Positions 48,912-57,921 of a stretch of 64,000 nt of DNA are shown piece after piece. Source of the DNA: Candidatus Omnitrophota bacterium (GTDB taxonomy: Bacteria > Omnitrophota > Gorgyraeia > JAZDFF01). Position 1 is the first letter of the stretch. Each line of letters opens with the position of its first letter. The DNA lies in assembly GCA_043808095.1 (NCBI GenBank), contig JAZDFF010000020.1, positions 26,624 to 90,623 of the forward strand, given 5' to 3'. Below the pieces are notes generated by a model, which was not told the DNA's origin, made no database searches, and saw only the letters and a list, made by a program, of their open reading frames with translations. Made by a program: the position numbers and the translations under genes.

Positions 48912-49754
48912 ATGACTGCTATTGATAAGTGTAAAACCAATGGAACACGAATGAATACTGATTCCCCCGAGAAATTTCAGAGAAATTTCCGGGACTTAGT
49001 CCCTGAAATTGCAATTAAAATTGCAATTTCTAGGGGCACACAAATAAACACGAATTTATCATCGGAATTTATTCGTGAGAATTCGTGTGCAATTCGTGAG
49101 AATTCGTGCATTAGTTATGCAAAGATTAATAATAAGAAAGCCCTAACCCTGCTTGAATTAATCATTGCCGTAAGTCTTTTGGGAGTTATTATCTTGGCAG
49201 CAACTACCTTTGATACGGCTATCCGCCAGAGTTTTAGACATTCTGATGTCCAGGTGCAACTTCTGACCGAGATTTCTCCAGCCCTGCAGCATATGACCAA
49301 AAATATTATGCAGGGGATTGGGGATGTGAGTAATCCAGGAATTAACATGACCAATGTAGCAGGAAATCTGGCTGTACGGGTAAGGACAAATATAGGCTTG
49401 GATAATCAAATTGCTACTATAGATGATGAGTGGAGGGCATACAGATATACTGGTTCTACAGGCCCCCCTATTGACGATTTTCAGATCTGGTATTATTTGC
49501 CTTATTTTAGCGCCACCGGAGCCCCCGGACTTAATGCTAATGATCCTCACGAGATCATTTCTCGAAGGGTATTTAACGCTACATTTATTCCTCTTCTAAA
49601 TAATTCTATTGTAGGCATTGATATTACTGCCTGCCAAGACCCGAATGAAGGCGATGTTAATGGTGATGGGACAGCTGATCCCTGCGGCAGTAGATTTAAT
49701 CCATCAGTTAATATTGCTACAACTATTAGTCTTCGGGCAGCCTCTTCAAACTAA
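48912..49754 (+). CDS. minor pilin (PilW/GspJ-like), start uncertain
   Basis: The prepilin-like segment KKA|LTLLELIIAVSLLGVIILA begins near nt 49128. The only in-frame ATG is at 48912, within the ~215-nt repeat element, so the true start or leader length is unclear. Confidence 0.5.
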   Translation: MTAIDKCKTNGTRMNTDSPEKFQRNFRDLVPEIAIKIAISRGTQINTNLSSEFIRENSCAIRENSCISYAKINNKKALTLLELIIAVSLLGVIILAATTFDTAIRQSFRHSDVQVQLLTEISPALQHMTKNIMQGIGDVSNPGINMTNVAGNLAVRVRTNIGLDNQIATIDDEWRAYRYTGSTGPPIDDFQIWYYLPYFSATGAPGLNANDPHEIISRRVFNATFIPLLNNSIVGIDITACQDPNEGDVNGDGTADPCGSRFNPSVNIATTISLRAASSN

Positions 49755-49912
49755 AAATTTAAATTAATCAAATGCCGGAAGATATTTCTTGTGGCGTTTT
49801 TTATTGCTAGTTCAATAAAGTAAAATATTCGGATTGCGATGATATTGCAAAAGGGGCCGTCCCGAATGTAGATATTTATTTTAGAAATTCGTCGGGATCC
49901 CGCAAAACAGGA

Positions 49913-49988
49913 GGGGCGGTAGTTCAGCTGGGAGAACGTCTCGTTCGCAACGAGGAGGTCGGCGGTTCGAATCCGCTCCGCTCCACCA
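49913..49988 (+). tRNA. tRNA-Ala (anticodon CGC)
   Basis: Manual cloverleaf: acceptor GGGGCGG/CCGCTCC with the G3:U70 Ala identity pair; D-arm GTTC..GAAC; anticodon stem TCTCG/CGAGG; loop TTCGCAA (anticodon CGC); T-arm GGCGG-TTCGAAT-CCGCT; discriminator A; CCA encoded. Confidence 0.85.
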
Positions 49989-50216
49989 ATGTTTATTGCG
50001 GGAAATTCCCTCTAGCTCCATGGTGATGATTATAATAACTAAATACGGAGATTAGGCAATTAGGTTATCAGGATTTGGGAATTAGGATATTTGAAAAAAG
50101 ATACGGATGATAAAACTAATCCCCAAATCACCTGATACCCAGATCCCAATATCCTTATCTCCTAATACCCAAATTATTAAAACAATAGAGTTTTTAATTA
50201 AGTGGTTTAATAAATA

Positions 50217-51314
50217 ATGAAAAGATTTATTCTTGCCACAATCTTTATCCTTTTTCTTATCGGTTTGTGTTTCTATCTTCCGCTTTTCGCTAAAACCAAT
50301 CCCCAATTAAAAGAGGCAAGATACTATCAAAGATTAGAAGGCACTACTGTTCAATGTCTTCTCTGCCCGCGAAAATGTATTATCCCGGATAAGAAAAGGG
50401 GTTTTTGCGGGGTGCGCGAAAATCACAGCGGTAAGCTCTATACCCTGGTCTATGGCCGGCCCTGCGCTGTGCATATTGATCCGATTGAGAAAAAACCTCT
50501 ATTTCATGTCTATCCAGGCGAGACCGCATTTTCTATTGCTACTGCCGGCTGTAACCTGCGCTGTAAATTCTGCCAGAACTGGCAGATTTCTCAGAGTCTG
50601 CCTGAAGAGGTTGAGGCAGTAGATTTGTCCCCTGAAGAGCTGGTTAAAAAGGCAGAATTAAGCGGGGCGCCTGTCATCGCCTATACCTATTCTGAGCCGA
50701 CCATATTTTATGAATATATGTTAGAAACGGCAAAATTAGCCCAATTAGATGGCCTAAAAAATGTCATGCATTCGGCCGGCCACATTAATGAAGCGCCGCT
50801 TAGGGAATTATGTAAATATCTGGATGCGGCCAATATCGATTTAAAAGGCTTTACCCAAAAATATTACGACGAGATGTGTCTGGGTAATTTAGATTCGGTT
50901 TTACGCACTTTAAAGATATTGAAAGAAGAAGGCGTACATATTGAAATTACGAATTTGATTCTTCCCGGCCTGAATGACGATTCCGAGACTATACGTAAGA
51001 TGTGCATTTGGATCCGCGAAAATTTAGGCAAAGACACACCGGTTCATTTTTCGCGTTTCTGGCCGATGTATAAGCTTACGCAACTAAGTCCCACACCGGT
51101 TGATACGCTAATACAGGCAAGAAGGATTTGTCAAAGCGAAGGCCTGAATTATTGTTATATCGGCAATGTCCCGGGCATTGAGGCCGAGAATACCTATTGT
51201 CCTAACTGCAGAAAACTCTTAATTGAGAGAAGAGGCTATGCAGTTTTACAAATGCATGTTAGAAAAGGAAGGTGTGAATACTGTGGATATGAGATTAAAG
51301 GGATTTACAGATAA
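50217..51314 (+). CDS. AmmeMemoRadiSam system radical SAM enzyme (PflA-like) with an N-terminal hydrophobic anchor
   Basis: CNLRCKFCQNWQIS CxxxCxxC cluster and the N-terminal CLLCPRKC..C motif typical of this family. A 26-aa TM-like N-terminal extension precedes the conserved core. A Memo/AMMECR1 gene lies adjacent. Confidence 0.8.
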   Translation: MKRFILATIFILFLIGLCFYLPLFAKTNPQLKEARYYQRLEGTTVQCLLCPRKCIIPDKKRGFCGVRENHSGKLYTLVYGRPCAVHIDPIEKKPLFHVYPGETAFSIATAGCNLRCKFCQNWQISQSLPEEVEAVDLSPEELVKKAELSGAPVIAYTYSEPTIFYEYMLETAKLAQLDGLKNVMHSAGHINEAPLRELCKYLDAANIDLKGFTQKYYDEMCLGNLDSVLRTLKILKEEGVHIEITNLILPGLNDDSETIRKMCIWIRENLGKDTPVHFSRFWPMYKLTQLSPTPVDTLIQARRICQSEGLNYCYIGNVPGIEAENTYCPNCRKLLIERRGYAVLQMHVRKGRCEYCGYEIKGIYR

Positions 51315-52830
51315 AATTAAATACAAGATACCTGCCTCGCCGGCGGGCAGGCTAGATACAAGATACAAGAAAATAATTTTTGCTTTTGTATTTTTTCTCT
51401 CTACTCTCTTCTCTCTGCTCTCTACCCCGTGTAATGCCCAGGGGTATAAACAACCGGTAGTTGCCGGGTTATTTTATCCCAAAGACCCGGTTATCCTTTC
51501 CAATAAAATTGATCAATTTCTATCCCAGTCAAAACCCCCTGCGATTGAAGGCGATATCAAGGCGATAATTGTCCCGCATGCCGGATATGATTATTCAGGC
51601 CGAGTTGCGGCCTTTGCCTATAATGTAATTAAAGGCAAACCCTACAAGACAGTAATTATCTTAGGGCCTAGCCATTACCTTGATTTTAAAGGTGCCTCAG
51701 TTTATCCGGAAGGCACATTCATTACTCCCTTAGGGTCGGTTAAGATTGATTCTTTAGCCAAGAGGCTTATTGATAAAAACTCTACAAGCATTTCTTTTAT
51801 TGAAGAGGCTTTTTCCAAAGAGCATTCCGTTGAAGTTCAGATTCCATTTTTACAAAAGGTCCTTCGTGGCTTCGAAATTGTCCCCGTTGTAATCGGCTAT
51901 AGTACAGACTTTGCTGCCTGCCAGGAGATCGCCTCTAAAATCGGCGCCTTGATTCAAGGCCGAGACGATGTCTTGATTGTGGCAAGCACCGATATGTATC
52001 ACGGTTATAATTATCAGCAGGCAAATAGTATTGATGAATCCACCCTTAATGCAATCCAAAAAATGGACCCCCAGGAATTATATAACGGCGCTTTATTTGA
52101 TAAGTATCAGCTTTGCGGCTTGCGTGCTGTGGTTGTTGCCCAGTTAGTCGCAAAAGGCATAGGGTTCGATAGTGTAAAGATTTTAGATCACGCTAATTCC
52201 AAAGATAAAACCAGCGCAGATTATTGCGTAGGTTATAGCGCTACTGTTATCTATAAAGGTAAAGACAGGGGAGGGCATGAGATGTTATCCAAAGAACAGC
52301 GAAAAAAACTGCTTGAGATTGCCCGTTTGACGATTGAAGGGTATCTTAATACCGGGAAGGTAAAAGAATTTGAGATTTCTGATGACACATTTTTAAAACC
52401 CAAAGGGGTATTTGTCACTCTTCATAAGGATGGCAAACTCAGAGGTTGTATCGGAAATATTATTAGCCAAGACCCATTGTATATCGGAGTAAGGAATATG
52501 GCAATTGCCTCGGCAGCTGAAGACCCCAGATTCCCGCGCCTGACCAAGGAGGAATTAGCTAATGTCGACATCGAGATATCCGTGCTTTCCGAACCCAAAA
52601 AGGTTTATAATATCGATGAGATTAAAATGGGCGTTCACGGAGTAATTGTCAGAAAAGGGTTCCATAACGGAGTATTCTTACCCCAGGTAGCTACCGAGAC
52701 AGGTTGGAAGAGAGAAGAATTTCTTTCCTATCTTTGTGCCCATAAGGCAGGCCTTGACCCTATGGCCTGGAAGGATAAAGATACCCAGCTATTTACTTTT
52801 ACAGCTGAGGTATTCTCGGAGAAAGATTAA
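51289..52830 (+). CDS. Memo-like protein (AmmeMemoRadiSam protein B) fused to a C-terminal AMMECR1 domain (protein A), with an N-terminal signal/anchor
   Basis: Memo motifs (VAGLFYP, IVPHAGY, GPSH) followed by AMMECR1 (GVFVTLHKDGKLRGCIGN). The hydrophobic segment KKIIFAFVFFLSTLFSLLSTPCNA lies before the Memo start. The exact start (ATG 51289 or GTG 51283) is uncertain. Confidence 0.75.
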   Translation: MRLKGFTDKIKYKIPASPAGRLDTRYKKIIFAFVFFLSTLFSLLSTPCNAQGYKQPVVAGLFYPKDPVILSNKIDQFLSQSKPPAIEGDIKAIIVPHAGYDYSGRVAAFAYNVIKGKPYKTVIILGPSHYLDFKGASVYPEGTFITPLGSVKIDSLAKRLIDKNSTSISFIEEAFSKEHSVEVQIPFLQKVLRGFEIVPVVIGYSTDFAACQEIASKIGALIQGRDDVLIVASTDMYHGYNYQQANSIDESTLNAIQKMDPQELYNGALFDKYQLCGLRAVVVAQLVAKGIGFDSVKILDHANSKDKTSADYCVGYSATVIYKGKDRGGHEMLSKEQRKKLLEIARLTIEGYLNTGKVKEFEISDDTFLKPKGVFVTLHKDGKLRGCIGNIISQDPLYIGVRNMAIASAAEDPRFPRLTKEELANVDIEISVLSEPKKVYNIDEIKMGVHGVIVRKGFHNGVFLPQVATETGWKREEFLSYLCAHKAGLDPMAWKDKDTQLFTFTAEVFSEKD

Positions 52831-52974
52831 AATAATATTTAAAAAACTACTAGCGTCACCGCAAAAACGCTAAAACCCGCAAAGACGCAAAGAATTTATC
52901 GACGATAAAATTTTGCGCTTTTGCGGAACTTTTGCGGTTTAACGGTGTAAACGCATTCTCATACTTTAAAATTA

Positions 52975-53631
52975 ATGTTTAGAATTGCGGTCAGTCTTTT
53001 CTTAAGCGGCCTGCTCTTAGGTTCAGGTCCATGTCTAGCCAGTTGCGGTCCATTTTTAATCTCTTTTATTGGCGCCCAGGCCAACACCCCTAAAAAAGGA
53101 ATTTTAATCTATTTGATTTTTTCAGTTAGTCGTATCTTCGTTTACTTGCTCTTAGGTCTTCTGGCGGGCTTGTTCAGTCAAGAAATAATTCATAAGATAT
53201 TTAGCCAGGATAGTCTAATATTTTCCATTGTCGGATTATTCATCGTATTTTTGGGGTTATTAATTATTATCAAGGATAAAACTGATATAAGGGCCTGCCG
53301 ATTTTTAAATCAGAGGCTCATTAAAAATGATACTAAATCCGTAATTATCTCGGGGATATTATTCGGGATTAGCCCGTGTCTTCCCTTAATCGGGATTATC
53401 TCGTATGTCAGCCTCATTTCCAAGACAATCTTAGTTTCGGTGATTTTAATGTTTTGTTTCGGATTGGGAACGCTTCTGTCGCCACTGTTATTATTAAGTA
53501 TAGTCGCAGGTGCAGTCCCTAAATTATTTAAGAATCAAGAAAGGTTTTTCAATTTGTTTAAAATCCTCTGCGGCCTAATAATTGTTGGATTAGGCTTAAA
53601 GATGTTATTAAGCGTATTTTTAAACTCATAA
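52975..53631 (+). CDS. CcdA/DsbD-type thiol-disulfide transporter-like membrane protein
   Basis: Six TM helices with Cys pairs in the first and fourth helices (GPCLASCGP ... GISPCLP). Confidence 0.45.
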   Translation: MFRIAVSLFLSGLLLGSGPCLASCGPFLISFIGAQANTPKKGILIYLIFSVSRIFVYLLLGLLAGLFSQEIIHKIFSQDSLIFSIVGLFIVFLGLLIIIKDKTDIRACRFLNQRLIKNDTKSVIISGILFGISPCLPLIGIISYVSLISKTILVSVILMFCFGLGTLLSPLLLLSIVAGAVPKLFKNQERFFNLFKILCGLIIVGLGLKMLLSVFLNS

Positions 53632-53635
53632 AAAT

Positions 53636-54382
53636 ATGGTTAGGTTATTTTTGCCCTGCCTGGATTCAAAAAAGAAATCGGTGTCAGTTAACGATAAAGA
53701 GAATCTGCATTATTTATTAAACGTACTAAGAGTAAAGTGTGGCCAGGGCATCAATATCTTTAACGGCCATGGCGCTGAATTTATCGGGTCGATAAAGGAA
53801 ATAAATCAAAGAGAAATTTTTATTAAGATAACCAGAAAAATAATTACGCTCGTTAATGATTTTAAAATTACCCTTGCCTGCGCTATTCCGAAAAAGGCAA
53901 AATTTGATTTTATCGTCGAGAAAGCAACTGAATTAGGAGTAGAAACAATTATTCCCTTAAAAACAGACCATGGCATTGTCAATCTTGATAACGAAAGGTT
54001 TTCCTTAAAATTAGTGCGTTGGAGAAAGATTGCCCAGGAGGCATCGCGTCAATCCCATAGGGTTGTTTTACCGAGGATAGAAGGGCTGCTTACATTTGAC
54101 GAAGTTATAACTAGAGTTAAGTCATTTGAGCTGGCGATGTTGGCCTGTCTTAGTGAAAAAAGAATAATTCTTCAAGAGGCCCTGAAAAATTCTAAAGCAA
54201 AAAATGTCTTGGTTTTTATTGGGCCGGAGGGGGACTTTAGCCAAAAAGAAATCCTAAAGGCAAAACAAGCAGGTTGTATCCCGGTAAGTTTTGGCAAAGA
54301 GGTTTTAAAGGTTGATACCGCGGCGCTTTATGTGATTAGTATATTAAAATTTTTGTCTTATAAAGCCTTGTCAAATAAATAA
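53636..54382 (+). CDS. rsmE: 16S rRNA (uracil1498-N3)-methyltransferase
   Basis: RsmE family: PUA-like N-terminus and a SPOUT C-terminus (IGPEGDFS). Confidence 0.8.
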   Translation: MVRLFLPCLDSKKKSVSVNDKENLHYLLNVLRVKCGQGINIFNGHGAEFIGSIKEINQREIFIKITRKIITLVNDFKITLACAIPKKAKFDFIVEKATELGVETIIPLKTDHGIVNLDNERFSLKLVRWRKIAQEASRQSHRVVLPRIEGLLTFDEVITRVKSFELAMLACLSEKRIILQEALKNSKAKNVLVFIGPEGDFSQKEILKAKQAGCIPVSFGKEVLKVDTAALYVISILKFLSYKALSNK

Positions 54383-54510
54383 AGGCATGATTACAGAGAT
54401 TAAAAAATAGATTCCGGTGATTATTTTCTCGTCGATAAATCACTGTAATCTCTTTTGAAAATCACTGTGATCAATACAATCATTATTTAGTTTACAGTGC
54501 ATTATAAAAG

Positions 54511-55818
54511 ATGAATAACAATACTTTTAAAATTTTAACACTCGGCTGTAAGGTCAACCAGTATGAATCAGAGGCCATAAGAGAATTATTCTTAAAAAAT
54601 GGTTTTAGAGAAATCGATAATGGCAAGTGTGCAGGGCTTTATATTATCAATAGCTGTACTGTGACCCAAAAAAGCGACAGCGAAGGCCTGAGACTTCTCA
54701 GGCACCTTAGCCAAAAAAATCCCCGGGCAAAGATAATCTTTACTGGTTGTTTTGTTGAGGACAAAATGAACGTAGAACATCTAAGAAATCTCTGTTTAAG
54801 CAATTTAGTTATTGCCAAAAACTCAATGAAACCAGGGTTGGCAGACCTCATACTGGATAAGACAGATGGAGTAAAGGAATCTTTGATTTTGGATTTAAAG
54901 ATCAGCGATTTTAAGAATCATTCCCGGGCCTTTTTAAAAGTTCAAGATGGCTGCAATAATCGTTGTTCCTATTGCAAGGTGCCTTTTGTGCGCGGCCCAT
55001 CTAGAAGCAGGGAGTCCTGCCAGATAAAAGAAGAGTTCTCCGGGTTGCTTGAAAAAGGTTTTAAAGAGATAGTAATCTGCGGCGTATGTTTAGGGGATTT
55101 TGGCAAAGATTTAAGTCTCAAGATAGGGCTTACTGATTTATTGGAAGATTTAGAAGGGATTAAGGCTGATTTTCGTATCCGCTTAAGTTCCATTGAGGCC
55201 AGCGATGTCACGCCGAGGCTCATTGATCATATGTCAGCCTCTGGAAAATTGTGCCCGCATCTACACATACCATTTCAAAGCGGAGACGATGAAATGCTTC
55301 TGGCCATGCATAGAAAATTCAAAAATACAGATTACTTAAAATTATTAGACCGGATAAGAAAGAAGATACCTCAGGTGGCCATAACCTCGGATATTATCGT
55401 CGGTTTTCCCGGTGAAGAAGCGAGTCATTTCAAAAATACCTTAGATTTTATCAAGAAGGCCTTGCCTTGCCGTTTACATATATTCCCTTATAGCCCAAGA
55501 CCAGGGACCCTTAGTTTTCTAAAAACCAATCGGCCTTCATCTAGGGTTGTGAAAGAAAGAATGAAAGAGCTGGCGGCTTTAGCCAGAGAAATATCTTATA
55601 ACTACAGAAAACGCTTTTTGAATAAGGAAGTTATTGTCTTGACAGAAGGCACTTGCGATAAAAAAACAGGACTCTCAAACGGTTATTCTGAATGCTATAT
55701 TAAGGTCTTTTTCAAAGGCAATGACGGGTTAAAAAATAACCTAGTCCCAGTTTGGATTAAGGAGGTTTCAGTAGACTCTACAAAAGGCCAAATGAGACCC
55801 GGGTTTATGGAGCGATAG
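54511..55818 (+). CDS. mtaB: tRNA methylthiotransferase, MiaB-family (MtaB-like)
   Basis: UPF0004 N-domain (ILTLGCKVNQYESE), radical SAM CNNRCSYC, C-terminal TRAM, and the 435-aa length. Confidence 0.8.
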   Translation: MNNNTFKILTLGCKVNQYESEAIRELFLKNGFREIDNGKCAGLYIINSCTVTQKSDSEGLRLLRHLSQKNPRAKIIFTGCFVEDKMNVEHLRNLCLSNLVIAKNSMKPGLADLILDKTDGVKESLILDLKISDFKNHSRAFLKVQDGCNNRCSYCKVPFVRGPSRSRESCQIKEEFSGLLEKGFKEIVICGVCLGDFGKDLSLKIGLTDLLEDLEGIKADFRIRLSSIEASDVTPRLIDHMSASGKLCPHLHIPFQSGDDEMLLAMHRKFKNTDYLKLLDRIRKKIPQVAITSDIIVGFPGEEASHFKNTLDFIKKALPCRLHIFPYSPRPGTLSFLKTNRPSSRVVKERMKELAALAREISYNYRKRFLNKEVIVLTEGTCDKKTGLSNGYSECYIKVFFKGNDGLKNNLVPVWIKEVSVDSTKGQMRPGFMER

Positions 55819-55992
55819 CGCCCGCCATAAATCGTTGGCGGGTCCGCCTATATTTAGTGGCGGAAACGTAAGTTATTACCTGAATTTGTCCCGCCCTTTT
55901 GGATAGCTAACACGGCGGTTTAATGAACCAAAAGGGTAGGATTAATTCCTGCCGGCAGGCAAGCGCAGACACTCATTAAAGGTAGCGCTTCC

Positions 55993-56021
55993 TTGACATA
56001 ACTCGCATTATATGTTATACT
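55993..56021 (+). promoter_or_regulatory. near-consensus sigma70 promoter TTGACA-17-TATACT upstream of cvpA
   Basis: TTGACA at 55993-55998, a 17-nt spacer, and TATACT at 56016-56021. Confidence 0.55.
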
Positions 56022-56048
56022 TTCATGAATTTTCTTCTTAATAATAAG

Positions 56049-56645
56049 ATGGCCTCATTTTTTAAAAATCTAAATTGGATTGATATTCTTGTTCTAACTA
56101 TAATACTTAGAACCAGTTACATAGGTTTACGCCGTGGTTTTGTTATCGAGTTTTTTAAGGGCATAGGTCTATTTTTCGGCCTGTTTATTTCTTTACATTA
56201 CTATAGCAAATTAACGGAGTTTCTTAATAAGCTCACGCCAGTACCCGCTGACTTTTTAGAACCCCTCGTCCTTTTAAGTATATTAATCTTAATAGTCTTA
56301 GGGTTTAAGTTTATTCGGGATGCCATACTTTTACTTTTTAAAATTGAACCTAAGACGTACTTGGACAGATGGGGCGGGGCATTTCTTGGGATAGTGCGTT
56401 CAGTTTTAGTAGCTAGTTTGGTTCTATTAGGCCTGGTTTTTTTCCCGATAGATTATTTTAAAAAAAGTATTTTTGGTTCTACTATGGGCGTTACTTTAGT
56501 TAAGGTAGCACCCAGGGTATATGAATCAAGTTTCGAGAATTTCTTTCGCCTGTTTTTTCCACAGGAAGAATTAAATAAAGCCATCTTTATTAAACTCGAA
56601 AAAAAAGAATCTCCCAAAAAGGTACCGCAAAGAACGCAAAAGTAG
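56049..56645 (+). CDS. cvpA: CvpA-family membrane protein (colicin V production protein homolog)
   Basis: N-terminus NWIDILVLTIIL..RGF..E and four TM segments. The start at 56049 was chosen because the upstream ATG at 56025 would precede the predicted promoter TSS. Confidence 0.7.
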   Translation: MASFFKNLNWIDILVLTIILRTSYIGLRRGFVIEFFKGIGLFFGLFISLHYYSKLTEFLNKLTPVPADFLEPLVLLSILILIVLGFKFIRDAILLLFKIEPKTYLDRWGGAFLGIVRSVLVASLVLLGLVFFPIDYFKKSIFGSTMGVTLVKVAPRVYESSFENFFRLFFPQEELNKAIFIKLEKKESPKKVPQRTQK

Positions 56646-56753
56646 ATAGTGAATAAAGACACCGCAAAAACGCAAAAGAAATTTTTGTGCTTTGGCGATA
56701 TCATATTGAAAAACTAAAATTTTGCGCTTTTGCGATAAAAAAAGGAGGAAGAA

Positions 56754-57701
56754 TTGAAATTAGGCAAAATTTATGATTTCGTGGTTAGGCAAGGGATGGA
56801 ACAGGACCCTCGAGGGAAAAAGGTTCTTGAGGATAAACTAGAGGCCCTGGTAAAAGAATATAATGAATCTAAGGATAAGGAGAGTTTTGATGTTGATAGC
56901 CTCTCAAATCCTTATGCCGATACCCGGATTCTTTACGGAGATAAAAACAGCGAGATAAAAAATATCTTAGTGGGGATAGACATCGAAGTCGCCGAGATCT
57001 TGCTTGCGGACAGGCTCCGGCAGGATAAAAAGAAAATCGATTTAATTATCTCGCATCATCCCTCGGGCAAGGCCCTGGCCAGCCTTTATCAAGTAATGGA
57101 TGTGCAGGTTGATCTTTTAGAAAGAGTGGGGATGCCGGTAAATTTTGCCCAGTCTCTAATGGATGAGCGCATAGATGAAGTGAAGCGGCGTTTCCTCAGT
57201 GTTAATCATATGCGCTCACCCGATGCGGCAAAATTATTGGACATTCCTTTTATGTGCGCACATACGCCCGCAGACAACTTTGCTTATCATTTTGTAACCA
57301 AGTTGCTGGAAAAAGAAAAACCCGCTACTTTAGCCGACATAGTGTCTTTATTAAAAAAGGTTCCCGAATATAAAGAGGCAGAGCAAAACAATTGCGGCCC
57401 TAGGATAATCTTGGGCAGTCCTAAGGCTAAAGCCGGTAAAATTATAGTTGATATGACCGGAGGTACAGAGGGCTCCAAAGACATATTTGAAAGGTTGTCC
57501 CAATTGGGGGTCAGTACGATTGTGGCCATGCATCTTAGCGAAGAGCACTTTAAGAAGGCCAAGGATGCCCGTATCAATGCCGTGATTGCAGGCCATATCT
57601 CATCCGATACCTTAGGGCTGAACTTGTTGTTTGACCGCCTGGAAAAACTCCAGGATTTTAAATTAATAAGTTGTTCTGGTTTTAGAAGGATAAAAAGGTA
57701 A
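56754..57701 (+). CDS. Nif3-family dinuclear metal centre protein (GTP cyclohydrolase 1 type 2 homolog, YqfO/YbgI-like)
   Basis: DLIISHHP and AGHISSD(T) motifs at the expected positions. TTG start 8 nt after AAAGGAGG. Confidence 0.6.
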   Translation: MKLGKIYDFVVRQGMEQDPRGKKVLEDKLEALVKEYNESKDKESFDVDSLSNPYADTRILYGDKNSEIKNILVGIDIEVAEILLADRLRQDKKKIDLIISHHPSGKALASLYQVMDVQVDLLERVGMPVNFAQSLMDERIDEVKRRFLSVNHMRSPDAAKLLDIPFMCAHTPADNFAYHFVTKLLEKEKPATLADIVSLLKKVPEYKEAEQNNCGPRIILGSPKAKAGKIIVDMTGGTEGSKDIFERLSQLGVSTIVAMHLSEEHFKKAKDARINAVIAGHISSDTLGLNLLFDRLEKLQDFKLISCSGFRRIKR

Positions 57702-57921
57702 CCGCAAAGAACGCAGAAGTAAGTAGCGATTAAAAACACCGCAAAGTCCGCAAAGGATAAAATTTGGCGGTTTTCCCGTTCTGCATTTTACAACGAGACG
57801 GGATCCCGCTACGGCGGGAAGCGGTGTAAGTATCTAAAGGCTGATTTTGCGTTTTTCCCGCTCTGTGTTTTCCGAGGAGGCGGGATCCCGCTGATGGGCG
57901 GGAAGCGATTAAAAAAGATAA

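Noticed and set aside
52856-52960. Possible CRISPR array among the cgcaaaa, cacagat and cgaattc repeat clusters
   Set aside because: The repeat units are 7-10 nt with irregular spacing and mixed direct and inverted orientation, with no 25-40-nt unique spacers. No cas genes are present. They are better explained as REP-like hairpin elements.
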